DNA from: Selaginella moellendorffii
Lineage: Eukaryota; Plantae; Lycopodiophyta
NCBI RefSeq assembly: GCF_000143415.4
Contig: NW_003314350.1
Span: 434,001 to 498,000, forward strand
Length of the DNA stretch: 64,000 nt
Direction of reading: 5' to 3'
Position numbers and translations under genes: made by a program
Shown here: one piece after another, positions 37,701-49,198 of the stretch
How the letters are laid out: every line of letters starts with the position of its first letter
Numbering within the stretch: the stretch's first letter is position 1
The notes under the pieces: generated by a model
Told to the model about the DNA's origin: nothing
Database searches by the model: none
The model's input: the letters and a program-made list of their open reading frames with translations, nothing else

Positions 37701-39312
37701 GCCTTAAGAGCAGCTTCCCATTCGCCATTAGCGTCCAGAGCATTACCATAGTTGTTCTTAGCAATGGACTGGCCCTGCAAGTGAAAACATGTCAAGAAAC
37801 TACAAGTACATCTGCCATTTTGATTTCTTTTCCTCAAACTTACTTCCAAGTTCTTCGATCTTTTGGATATCTGAAAGCTTTTCAAGTGCCACTTTTTGGC
37901 CTTCTCGAACGATCGCAGATGATAGTATGCTTGTGCCACCATTCCAAAGGCGTCACCTATTTTTCCAGAGTCTCCAAGCCGCTTTGCCGCCCGCTTTTGC
38001 TGTTTCGTCAGCTTAAGAAACTGCAAGCATACACTCTCTTTCTCGGTCAAGTCTCACAAGTAAAGAAAAGAAATAAATTAGCACTGACTTACCATGTCCC
38101 AATTGCACACAGTTTCCGCCTGGCTCACGAGCTTGCCAAGTAGAATGTACTCTTTCTTGACGTTTCTTTTGTCTCGTTGTAATTTTTGAAGTTTAAGCAG
38201 CCCCTTAGATAACTCCTGCATAATCTCTTCCGCGTCTTTCACCACCTGGATATTTTCTCTCACGTTTGCAGCGAGAGCGTCTTCATCCTGCAGCTTCCCC
38301 ACAATCGTAAGGGCGCGTTTGTAAATCTTCATCGCGTCCTCATAGTTCTGCGTCTTGAACGAAAGGTCTCCCAAGTTTATCAGCCCCTTAACTTCGCCTT
38401 GCAAGTTCCCAACCACCTTGCAAATCATGATATCGAGCTGCATGTGTTCCTTGGCGTACTGCCAGTTCCTTCGCTCGGTATAGAGCCTGCCAAGGTTGTG
38501 ATGGATCCTGGATCGAACCTCGTTGTTCGGAGCAACTTCTTCATCGTCGCAAATCTTCAGAGCGTGGTACAAGTACTTCTCAGCCTCTCTGTGGTCGTCG
38601 AATACCATCTTCATGAGTCCCAGATTGTTATGGGCGTCGGCGAGCATGCAGCCAGCGTTCCCTTCCTGTGGCATCTGCGCTACCAGATTCAATGCAGTTG
38701 TGAAAAACTCTTGGCATTTCTTGATGATGGTCGAGAAAGGAATTCCAGTATCGTCGTCTCTCTCGAAGAGATCGAGGTAGCTCCGACCAAGCTGTGTGCT
38801 TGCTCGCTGCTGCTCGAGTACATCACCAGTCTCTTTGGCTAGCTGGTAGTGTCTCTCCTGTTAGGATGGAGAAAGGGAACGATCAGCAGAGAAGAGGAGA
38901 AAAAAGATGGCTGAATGAAACTACAAAGAAAAGAATGATTTTTCTCAGAAAAAGGAAGAGGGCATCGAGAGAAAAGAGGTTCTCTTTTCCTTGGGGGTGA
39001 GAGGAGTACCTGATAGACGAGAGCTTCTTTGTAGTCTTGCATTCTGCTGTAGATTTCTCCCATGGATTGGCAAGATGGCATCAATCCAGCAGGAGACATG
39101 CTCCCAGAAGCCTTTCGACCTGACGCGATCTCATAATCCAGGCGAAACCACTTGAGCGCCTCCACATACTCGCCCCGATCTTTGAACACATGCCCAATCT
39201 GGTTTGCCCATCGCGACTCCTCTTCCCTGTCGCCGATCTGCTTGGCTTCCCTGTAGCTTGCCTTCATCGATTCCACGTTGCCACATTGCCCGCCGCTCTT
39301 GCGCCTCGCCAT
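34724..39312 (-). CDS. TSK: TONSOKU/BRUSHY1/MGOUN3 (TPR/LGN repeats plus LRR)
   Basis: EEESRWANQIGHVFKDRGEYVEALKWFRLDYE, RSRIHHNLGRLY TPRs, ALENMQYAYNIRF, and C-terminal LRRs (LRKLDLSDCGL, LKCLDLS). Confidence 0.93.
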
Positions 39313-39471
39313 CGCTCTCGCTCATGGATTGGCAGAAGACCCTAAAGCTCAACAATTCTCCTAGGGTTTTGGGTCAGAATGGCGGGAAAATTTGAAATTT
39401 CGTGTTTATTGGGTAGCGCTGGCTTAGGGTTTTAGGGCAGAGCAGAGTTTTAGGGTTCTTGAGCGGCGGCG
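39313..39471. promoter_or_regulatory. Compact bidirectional promoter TSK/SNU13 with telo-box motifs
   Basis: 159 bp between divergent ATGs, with tagggttt at about 39362 and 39425 and tagggtt at about 39451. Confidence 0.6.
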
Positions 39472-40023
39472 ATGGGGTCTGAGGTGAATCCAAAGGCGTA
39501 CCCTCTGGCGGATGCGCAGCTCACCAATACTATCCTGGAAGTCGTCAATCAGGCAGCGAACTACCGGCAGCTCAAGAAGGGCGCGAATGAGGGTAAGATT
39601 TCTTCGCGAGCGTTTCTTTTGGTCTCAAACTCGATTCTTGCAGCGACCAAGACGCTGAATCGCGGCATGGCGGAGTTTATAATCATGGCCGCGGACACGG
39701 AGCCGCTGGAAATCCTCTTGCATTTGCCCCTTTTGGCCGAAGACAAGGTGAGAGTTTAGCGCTTTGCTTTTTCCTTTCGATTCTCACTTCTCTTTCGATG
39801 GGTGTAGAATGTTCCCTATGTGTTCGTACCGTCGAAGCAAGCGCTGGGGCGAGCTTGCGGCGTTTCGAGGTCCGTGATTGCAGCCTCGGTGACGTCCAAC
39901 GAAGGCAGCCAGCTCAAGAGCCAGATCGAGCAGCTCAAGGCAAGTTTCTAGATCTCTTGGATGTTTCTTTCAGTTCTCATGGGATTTTTCTTGCAGGGAC
40001 TGATCGAGAAGCTGCTGATCTGA
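39472..40023 (+). CDS. SNU13: Snu13/15.5K/NHP2-like protein 1 (L7Ae family)
   Basis: [13 protein letters not shown]...[16 protein letters not shown]...[37 protein letters not shown]...IEKLLI. Three introns, the last GC-AG. Confidence 0.97.
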
Positions 40024-40152
40024 TGACTATAGCGAAGAGAAGAAGAGAAGGAATCTAGTTTTTCTTGGATACTGATGAGATGGTCAAGGGACAAGGATGG
40101 TGGTACCGTGTGACTTGTCTATCATTGAAGTTCCAGGCAATGTTAATATTTC

Positions 40153-40319
40153 TTCAAATCTAAAAGTCATGGAGTGCATTTTAATTTTCTACCTTACGAC
40201 ATTATTGTGAAAACATGCTTTACTAGAACGATGTTTTTTCCTTTTTCTCCTTAGGAGCTTCGTTTTACAAAGATTTGAGACTAATGTTTGCTCTTCATTT
40301 ATTGTCCACTTTTGCTGAT
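40153..40319 (+). repeat. Imperfect direct repeat, copy 1 (copy 2 at 44236-44383)
   Basis: Shared blocks ttcaaat.taaaagtcatggagtgcatttt, ttaggagc and aatgttt...cttcatttat...tcca.ttttgctgat. Confidence 0.8.
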
Positions 40320-41196
40320 TGTTCAGGGCACCTTCAAAACTAGCGTGATTTGTGGTGAGCATGAGATTGTCTTGTCTGGGATCTTGTGGACCTTATCACT
40401 CTAGATGAGCAATATTTGCTCTTTTACTGCTGCAGATTCTTCCTCAAGTTCCCACTCTAATTCCATGGTGAAATCACTCTCCTTATCTACTGTTGTCCTT
40501 AGTTTGTTGCTCCAGCTCCATGGTAACATCATTTTGCTCCTCGCCCAAATTGGATTGAGTGCCCTGGATCAGCATGTGGTGGAGTGCCGAGCAATCACAG
40601 ACGTGTGGGCAAAGTAGGTGCTGCTGTTGCAAGAAGGCCATGAGCTCCTCCACGCTCCCAAATGTAACAAAAGGCTGCTGTGATGCACTGGGTAGTTTTT
40701 GAGGTGGTGGATGTACTTGATTAGCATGCATTTATCTCTTCTTACTACCAGATAGATGAAAATAATTTATTAAGGGCGATGAGAATGTACCACAACCCTT
40801 GGATTAGATTTATATTTAAAAGTGCTATGTATGGTTGCTTATATCTGAAGGTTTCATATTTGTCTCATCAAATCAAAGATCCTTTTATGGTCGTTGGTTG
40901 AGGAAAGCTTAAAGGTATTTTACTCCTTTGTTTTGTTGATTTAAATCTTATACTTATAACAAAATAACATAAGTAATTATGTTGTAATATTAAAACTATT
41001 CAAGCTTAGCAATAGTTTGAGAGAATCAAATATATATAAAAAATACCTTTTGTATTTTTTTTATTTTCCATATGAAATTTTTTTATATTAGAATAAAAAT
41101 AATGGAATAAAAAGCTAATACATTGAGATCGTCTATAAATAATAAGTCCTATCCAATAGTTTATTAATTTAATTTAAAATTAAATTTAAAATTTTT

Positions 41197-42065
41197 ATGT
41201 TTGTGTATAAGTTTATACTTTTTTATTTATTTTTTAAAAATGTATTTTCAATCACCTATGAATGGGGAGATAATGGACCAGGGAAAAACTTAGAGGAGCA
41301 AGATATTAATAATATTATAAATGGATTCATAGACTTATAAGAGATATTGATTATTATAGATATTATTCTACAACATATCAAGATTTAACTCTAATAGAAA
41401 CTTCACGAGGAATTATTTGTGCTAGGATAAAACGATTTGAGCATCAATCGAATACTTGTGGAACAGGTAAGGTAACTAATACAGTGATTAAAGGAATAAA
41501 CTTGATGCAACGCTTAAACCCATTAGTTCAAAATAATCATGAAGCAATGGTTTTAAATCGTGCAAGCTCAGCTAAAATCACATCAATAAATTATCAAATA
41601 CAATATTCTATGGCAGTATGGTGGTCACAACCACTATATATATATAATATAAGAAGTCAAAATTCAAAAGACTGTGATATTGCAAGTAATACACTTGAAA
41701 GTGGTAGTCAACTTTTATACAAGGGAGATTTCTTAATATCTCCAAATGGAAAGAATATTTTATTATTAGAATCTAAATGCAATTTAGTATTATATTCAGA
41801 AAGAAATAAAATTTGGGATACTCCAATAAATATTAATTATAATAATTGTTATCTAAAAGTTCAAAATGATGGTAACCTTGTCATATATTCATATAAAAAA
41901 GAGGTTATATGGGCAAATAATTTTTATTGCCGTTATCAACCAAATTGCCTATTATTTACATATTATACTTTGCAAAATGATTGTAATTTTATTGCTTATA
42001 AAGTTGAATCACCAAACAATATTTGGTGGTCTTCAAAAACAGCAAATCACAAATTATGTAAGTAA
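41197..42065 (+). pseudogene. Secreted protein with unknown N-terminal domain fused to a bulb-type (GNA) mannose-binding lectin domain; one apparent frameshift
   Basis: ATG 41197 gives a signal peptide MFVYKFILFYLFFKNVFS and stops at 41338-41340. A frame shift near 41335 continues to LISPNG...CNLVLY...QNDGNLVIY...QNDCNFIAY...WSSKT (QxDxNxVxY lectin motifs). Intronless and very AT-rich. Confidence 0.75.
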
Positions 42066-43149
42066 AATTAAAGATATATATGTATGTATATATACATAGA
42101 TATAACTTAGACTGAATTTAAAGAATTTAGCTTATATAGGATATTCTAAGAATATCCGTTTCAAAGATATTTTTATGAGCTAAAGACCATTTTGCAAATC
42201 TATTATATTATGGATTTTTTAGAAATCATACTGCTAGAAATCTACTCTCGCAATATCTCACCGTATATGCATTCTTTGCTTTTTTGGATTTTGACACGTA
42301 GTATTCAAGTATTCATAAATTTCATAAAAATCTAGTTCAAACAAATATTCTAATACGAATATACTATGATAAAATCTGATTGAGTTATAAACGACTCTGC
42401 GACTTCGTGAAATGGTGCAAGCGTGAACCTCATGCAAATGCACGATCCAACCAGTGAGTCTCTTCTCCTCTCAGCATTTGCCTGTAATGGGCAAATCTTT
42501 GAGGCATTCTATTTTAACTTAAACTTCTGTGAAAAGCTTTTTTGTGAAGGCTTTAATACGGAATGATGATTCTGAGACTTTAGACCACTCAATCCTTAAC
42601 ACTCAACTGGATAAGACGCTATCATGTCTTGGAACCACGTAGTTGAAGTTCCTAGTTCATATAAAAAGAATGTCACTAGCCCGGTCAGTGCAAATCGTTG
42701 TGGGCAATGTTGAAAGCAGCAGTCGATTATCTGGTGGATCATATTTCCTGCTGATCCATATAGAGTTTACAACAAGGGCAAAATCTATCAACAGCATTCC
42801 AGGTTCGTGTAAACTTGCTTTACCAAAAGTAACTCTTGTGTTCTTTTTTCTTTTTGTTTTTGTGCGTGCTAGCACAAACTCGTGCTGGGTGGAGCAGCAA
42901 GAGCAAGCTGAAATTCAGCTGGGAAAAAGATGTGGATTCCTGAGAGATGAGGAGAGGTGAAGTTTTCAGTGACTTTTTCTTGTCAATGGGGTTTTAATTT
43001 ATCCTCTATAAACCATAGAGTCCAATTTCAACCTGCTCAAAACCGGGAAAGAGCTCTTCAAGATTTTTAGGGGGGGTGGGACGAGGGGGACAAAGTAGAA
43101 CTGGTACTCAAGGCTGTGACGTCCAATCTCCAAGCTTCCGAAGTTCTTG

Positions 43150-44060
43150 GTGTTGAACTCTGTCGACTTGGGGAGGTACACGTACTTTTGTTCCTAAACA
43201 TGTGCTGCCAAATCCATATTGGTGGTTTTCACATCCATTCTTCTTCTCCAGCCTTGCTTCTTCTTCTAAAAAACGGCCACAGCTCCTTCTCTTTCACTAT
43301 CTTCCCTTCCTCGCCTCGTTTGATCAGTGTGTCCAGGTGGGCCGCGAGTGAGACAATCAATCTGGACCAAACCTTTGAGATAGTTGCTCGAGCCGAGGGG
43401 TCTGTGTCCTCGAACAACCTGGCGCAGCGAGCCTTCCATATCTCTGCTAGTGTGCATCCCTGAAGCACATCGATGAGCTCCTGGTGGAGATGCTTAATGT
43501 GTGTCCAAGTTTGGTTGAGTTGATCAAAGTGTGGGGCCTCATTGTGTCTCCACTTCCATACATCAGGATTCTTTGTTTTTCCTTGGATGAAGCTACCCCA
43601 AAGCACTAATTCATATATGATTGCAACTCCTCCAATTGACATTCGTTTGAGTACCGCTGCTGCACCTTCCCATATATCATGTGCTGCCGGACATTCCCAT
43701 AAGATGTGTCACTGTGTTTCTGTGGTGCCACAGGTCTTGCAGGCTGTGTTCGGGAGATGTATGGCCACCAGAGAGGGAAGACATTCTTGTTGGGCCAGCC
43801 ACATGAAGTAGCAGTTCTTAATTGACTAGCGCCCCTTCCAGATCTTGTTGATGCAGTGTGAGTGGTTCCTAGAGTGGATCTATTGGGCCTTTGCTTTCCG
43901 GATGAGGGAGGATCGAATCAGCACCCTGATCAATTTTCAGCCCAGCTTGGTCTCATACTGGAAAAAGTCCTTGCACATGGTTCCTCTCCAATGCCACTCT
44001 ACAGGATCCCACTTGAGTTCATCCAGGGTTTATTGGCAGAACCAGTAGAGGCGAGCATAT
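43150..44060 (-). mobile_element. LINE (L1-like) ORF2 3' fragment with zinc finger
   Basis: CKTCGTTETQ*HILWECPAAHDIW (CCHC-type zf-RVT region), followed by LAEIWKARCARLFED. Contains stops. Confidence 0.8.
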
Positions 44061-44235
44061 TGTTTTTCTAGGATTAATGGATCAATGTTAGCAGTTTTTT
44101 TCTCCATTTGAATCACTCTGATCAGTTTAGCTCTACTCAAATGACTTTTTCTTGTGAGTGTGACCTTTTGGTCTGGCTTAAACCAAAACTAATCTATTGT
44201 TTATTCAAACCTTTATATAGAGTTTAGAAACTTTT

Positions 44236-44383
44236 TTCAAATGTAAAAGTCATGGAGTGCATTTTTATTTTCTCAACTTCATTTTTACATTATGGCTTCA
44301 CTAAAATGAATTTTTTCTTTTTTTTTCTCTCTTTAGGAGCGGGACGAATGTTTTTTCTTCATTTATCATCCATTTTTGCTGAT
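44236..44383 (+). repeat. Imperfect direct repeat, copy 2 (copy 1 at 40153-40319)
   Basis: Same blocks as copy 1. Confidence 0.8.
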
Positions 44384-44429
44384 ATTGGCATACAAGAGTT
44401 TGGGGGTTTGGTTTCTAAGATAGAACACA

Positions 44430-45260
44430 ATGTTGTTGACACTGGTAATCGCAGCAGAGAGTTCTGGATCTAGTGTGGGACCGTCAGTTTCCGCGAGTGG
44501 CTCTGGTGTTGAAGCGGCAGCTTCAGTAGGATCTAGTAGTTCGTCAGCTAGCGTCATCATCAACTTCGCCAGCTTTAACGGGATCATCACCATCAACACC
44601 GGCTTCTGGAGAATCCACACTAGCGTCGTCGATGCCTGGATCGTCTACTCCAACGCCATCCGCTTCGACTAGATCAAGCACGCCAGGCCAAACTTCGAGC
44701 TCATCCCCGCAGACTGGATCAAGCTCAGCTCTACCTGGCACTGGAACTGGATATGGCACGAGCTACTTGGGTAGAGACGTCGGCTCACCTGCGAGTTCTT
44801 ATGTCTTTGGCGCTCCATCAGATGCACCACCAAGCTCTCAAACGCCTTCTCCATCGCCATCACCAGCAAATGCAAATCCTTAGCAAATTCTCTCTCCTCC
44901 TTGTCGCAATCTGTAGCAACCAGGAGCTCTTTCGCTGGTTCATCCAGAGGAGGAGGAGCTGCTGCTGGAAACAGGATCAACAACTGGACATCGGTGGGCG
45001 AGATGAGGTGGCACTACTTCCCAAACTGCCATAACGACCGACGGGTGGATTCGTCATCCCCGACGGCTCCAGGAAGTGGAACTCGCGGCGGCAGTACTTC
45101 CCGTACGAGGATTTCTCCATGCCAGCAAAGAGAACGTACAAGTCCCCGGATCCAAAGGCTGGCTGCTTTGTTCTTCCCGATGGCTCTCGCAAGTGGAACT
45201 CAATCGACGAGATGAGGAGGCACTACTTCCCAGACGAGGACTTCTCCAAGCCTCCCAAGC
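44430..45260 (+). pseudogene. Frameshifted Ser/Pro/Gly/Thr-rich protein (AGP/mucin-like) remnant
   Basis: MLLTLVIAAESSGSSVGPS... shifts frame to PGSSTPTPSAST...SPSPSPANANP*. Internal repeats ggcactacttccca at about 45010 and 45219, and ggcagtacttccc at about 45090. Confidence 0.35.
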
Positions 45261-45747
45261 CCTTTGGTTCCACAGGAAAGAGTGACAAGTAAGCTTGCGG
45301 CTTTGATGATAGCGTGTCTTTGCGTCTGGCTTAAACCAAAACTAATCTGGGAGGCACTTTGCTCAATGCTCGAGAAGTGCATGGTCATGGAAGATTTCAC
45401 GAAGGGAGTGATCTTCATCACTATCACTGCACAGACTCGAGTGACATACTGCCAGGAGCTTGGATTCTTGCTTCATTGTCAAAGGGCGGAATAACCTCTT
45501 ATGGCGATTGTGGAAGTTCCAAGTATCACAATGTTGATGTTTCACTTCTTCATTGAGAGATATCAACGAACATTTTCTTAACTTTGTAAGAAAATATTGT
45601 TATTTTCTACATAGAAAGTACAATTTGGAATTTGTAGGGCTTCCTCCAAAATTCACGGCAATTCGATTATTCCGCTAAGGGTAATTTGGCATATTCTGTT
45701 AATTATGATTTAAAGTGGAAGAAAGAAACAAATGTAGGGTTTTTGGG

Positions 45748-46478
45748 ATGGAGCCAGCGAGCGAGAAAATGGAGGGAGCTACTGCCGCAGATCCCATTCC
45801 TCCCGTCTCGTCCAAGAAGACGCCTCTCGGTAAGACGCTCGCGCTGGATTTCGATCATCGCTCACTGATGATGGAGCGATTGAATGGTTGAATCCAGGCA
45901 CTGGGCCGTGGTATCGCTATCGGCATGTCGTCTACACGCTGCTGGCTTTGAATGCCGCGATGGTGTGTAAGTATCGCTTTTCGATCCAGATAACGCTAGA
46001 TCCTACACTCTTTTTCTTCTCTGCGATTCGCAGCGTATGCGGTGTTTAACCAAGACAAATTCTTTGCGAAGAAGGAGAAGGCTCCCGAGGAAGAAGGACA
46101 AGCCAGTGTCAAAGAGGAGGCTTCTTCCGGGGAGAAGGAAAAGAAAGAAGCAGTGTTCGTCCCCGCTACTCAATCCAAGGTATGGATGAAGTAATTCTTT
46201 GCTTGAGCTCAAAGTTTTCTTCTTTTTTCTTGCTTTAGATCGATCAACCAAAGGTAGTGGCTGCCCCGGAAGCTAAAGTGGAAGAGAAAAAGATGGAGGC
46301 TCCAGTGAAGAAGCCGGAAGCACCGCACGTATCTCACGACGAGCAAATCGAGCTTTACAAGTGGATGCTGGAAGAGAAGAGGAAGATCAAGCCATCCAGC
46401 TCCGCGGAGAAGGCTCGGATCGATTTGGAGAAGGGACTTCTCAAGGATTACATCAGAGGCAAGGTACCATCGCTCTAA
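45748..46478 (+). CDS. Small conserved plant protein of unknown function with one hydrophobic segment
   Basis: Four exons. C-terminal QIELYKWMLEEKRKIKPSSSAEKARIDLEKGLLKDYIR is a recognisable conserved plant motif. Confidence 0.8.
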
Positions 46479-46591
46479 GCTTCTCACAACTAAAAAGGAA
46501 TTTTGATACTCTTGAGTGAGCTGTGATTCAATTTTTTTGTAGTAAGCTTCACAAGTTTGTGAGACGTAACGAAAGATACTTCGTCTCTTTC

Positions 46592-48807
46592 TTAAGAAGT
46601 TCCAGTGTTCATGTGGTTTAAGCCGAGCTCCTCGTTTTGCTCCCAGGAGCGCTCGTATTCTCGAACTAAACGCATGAAAACGATCGTTGTAAAATCACCA
46701 ATGACGAAAGAAAAGTTCACTCACCAGATATTTGATTGTCATCGCTTGAAGAATCCGTACATGGAGCGATGAATGAATTGCCAAGGGAATCATCCAAAAC
46801 AAGCGTCCATGACTTTTTCAATTCCAGTAGCTAGTGTCGTTAAAACACAGTACATAGTCAGCCAAAAAACCAACAAAGTATACATGACTTACATCTTGCA
46901 ATTTGGCATCAAATTCCATCCACTTTTGTCTTGTGACAATCTCCGCACTGTCTCCGATTTCAAATCCATGGACACTCTTGAGCTCTTGAAGATAATTCAA
47001 TACGTCAGAATCACTGCTTGATCGGAGAGTGCTTACTTGCTTTCAGAGATTGTCTTGACTAGTCCTTCGACTGTCGTGACGAGACCGCCAAGTGTTCCGG
47101 GCATTAGTTCAAGTTCCACCTCCGGAATCTCTACTCCCGCTGTGTCTGACTAATCGGAAAAGATTAAAAAAAAAAAGGTATATCACTACCATAAACATTG
47201 CAAGAACTTCTTACTTTGATCAAGTCTCTTGTCAAGTCTATTTGGTTTTCCACGGCGAGAGATATTTTCTTTCCTTTAGCTGATATGCTTCCACCAGGTT
47301 TCACCTAAGTGTAAGATGATTTTCACAACAAAGAACCAAAAACAGAAGCTTACTTCGGAGTTTCTAAACCCGCAAGTATCGCAAGATGCTGCCATCACTA
47401 TTACCTCCTTGAAATATGGTATATCTGGAACAAAGGATGAGTACTACAACGAAGGAAAGAGAAACAAAAAGAATACTTGTCATGTACATGCGTGTTTCAC
47501 ATCGTCCCGCACAAGCTCCACAAGTGGCTGGAAAAGTCATCACCTGTCAAAGAGCCTCTGGTAAAATTCTCAAAAAAGAAGAAACAGAGTACACACCTCC
47601 TCAGGAGCCGTGTACTTGAAAAGTGCAGCAGAGATCTGCTCGCTATTCCCCTGTGCTATAGCTTGTTGAGCAAGCTTAGCACCAACGGCCCCATGTAACT
47701 CCTCGACAACATCTTCTTCTTGCTTTCCGTCTTCGTTTTCGCGATCTACGGACAAAAACCCGAGCGCCTTTTGCTGCTCAGGCGTCCTGTCGTAGTGCTC
47801 GCACAACAAAATTGGATCCTCTTTAGGTGCATTCCTGTAGTAATGAAAACGAGGAAAAGCAAAATCAGGAAATAAGCCAAGAAAGACAAGACAACATACG
47901 GGTTTTCAATAAAGCTATTCCCAGATGGATCTTCCAGTGAAAATGTGAAAGCCTGTTCACCTCTAGCATACGCCCTTAACTTGAGGATAAACGCGTCTAT
48001 AGAAGCCGCAGTGTGAGGGTCCACTTTCTACAAAAAAATTGGATGATACTTAACGTTTAGCGCAATAAGAGAAACAATCTTTACCCGACGCTCTTCTTGC
48101 AATCGCTCCAAATCATCTCCAGCTTTGAGGAGAACTCCTTCCACCTGTAAGTAGTAATTTTGCGTTTCGATCTTTGTCTTGAAAGTAACGTAAGGCATAC
48201 TGTAGAAAGAACTCCTCGCTGGGCTTCCGGTGGCACTTCAAAATCCAACTCTGGGACCTGAGGAAAAAAATAAAATAAAATAAAAAAAACAATCAAATAA
48301 GGCATGGAATCATACCTTGATTGTAGCAGAATCTGACTTCACTACTTGGCGATTCAAGGCCTAGAAAAAAATGTTTGAGTGGGATAACGAATCGGCTTTG
48401 TCTCACCTTTAAGTCATGCTGTGGAACACTTAATGTGAAACGGCAGCCTTGCGGTTGGAGTTGCCCAGCGAATTGTACTTCATTGTTCCTAGCAAAGGAA
48501 AAAATAAAACAAAAATTTCGAGCTACTGAAATCCGAAAGAGAGAGCAAAGTTTCTAACCTCTCGTTGCAATGTGGACACTCAAACGCCATGAGAACGATC
48601 TAGATAAACCAAAATCATTCACGGATTGCATAGCTACTATTCATACCTCTCGAAAATGGGGAATCGTCGTGAGAAGCAGCCGCGTCGTCCCCTGGAACAT
48701 CAAAAACCCGCAAAATCAGTACCAGCGCAACCAGAAATCTCCAAAATCACTACATTCTCTCCGCAAGACATGCACAGGCTCTCCAGCTCGTGCGCGTCCT
48801 CCGCCAT
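46592..48807 (-). CDS. ZPR1: Zinc finger protein ZPR1
   Basis: [26 protein letters not shown]...[21 protein letters not shown], a second finger [14 protein letters not shown], and [12 protein letters not shown]. Confidence 0.96.
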
Positions 48808-49198
48808 AGCGCATAAACCCTAAAACTCTAACTCGTGATAAACCCTAAACACCCAGGCCCAACTTGAGCTAACCACAGCCATCCACGTGGCGTAACCTGG
48901 AGGTCGCATAAACTCACATTTATACTAGCGCTTGGCGTGGCTAGGAGAAAATGGGGATGCCTTGCGCCTGCCTCACGCCTTCTCCAGATTTTACAAGCTC
49001 GATCAGCTGGAAGCATCGTGGGCAGCTTTAAATCTCTCCTGCGAGGTATGTGGAAGGCTTGAATGGATGGATTGATCGATGAAACTTGTAGAACTTTCAT
49101 CGCGGATGGATCGTTCTTGAAGAGCAAAAGGGGGAACGAAGCTTTTTCTCTTGGTCACTGAATCACGCTCCAATCCATTCCACTCCAGTTTCGATCGA

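Noticed and set aside
40330-40731. Minus-strand ORF with Gln-rich, coiled-coil-like content
   Set aside because: Interrupted by stops and not assignable. It is probably transposon debris.
47425-47476. ZPR1 intron with donor GTATTCTTTT, resembling the U12 consensus GTATCCTTT
   Set aside because: One mismatch in the core and no clear TCCTTAAC branch site, so U12 status cannot be supported.
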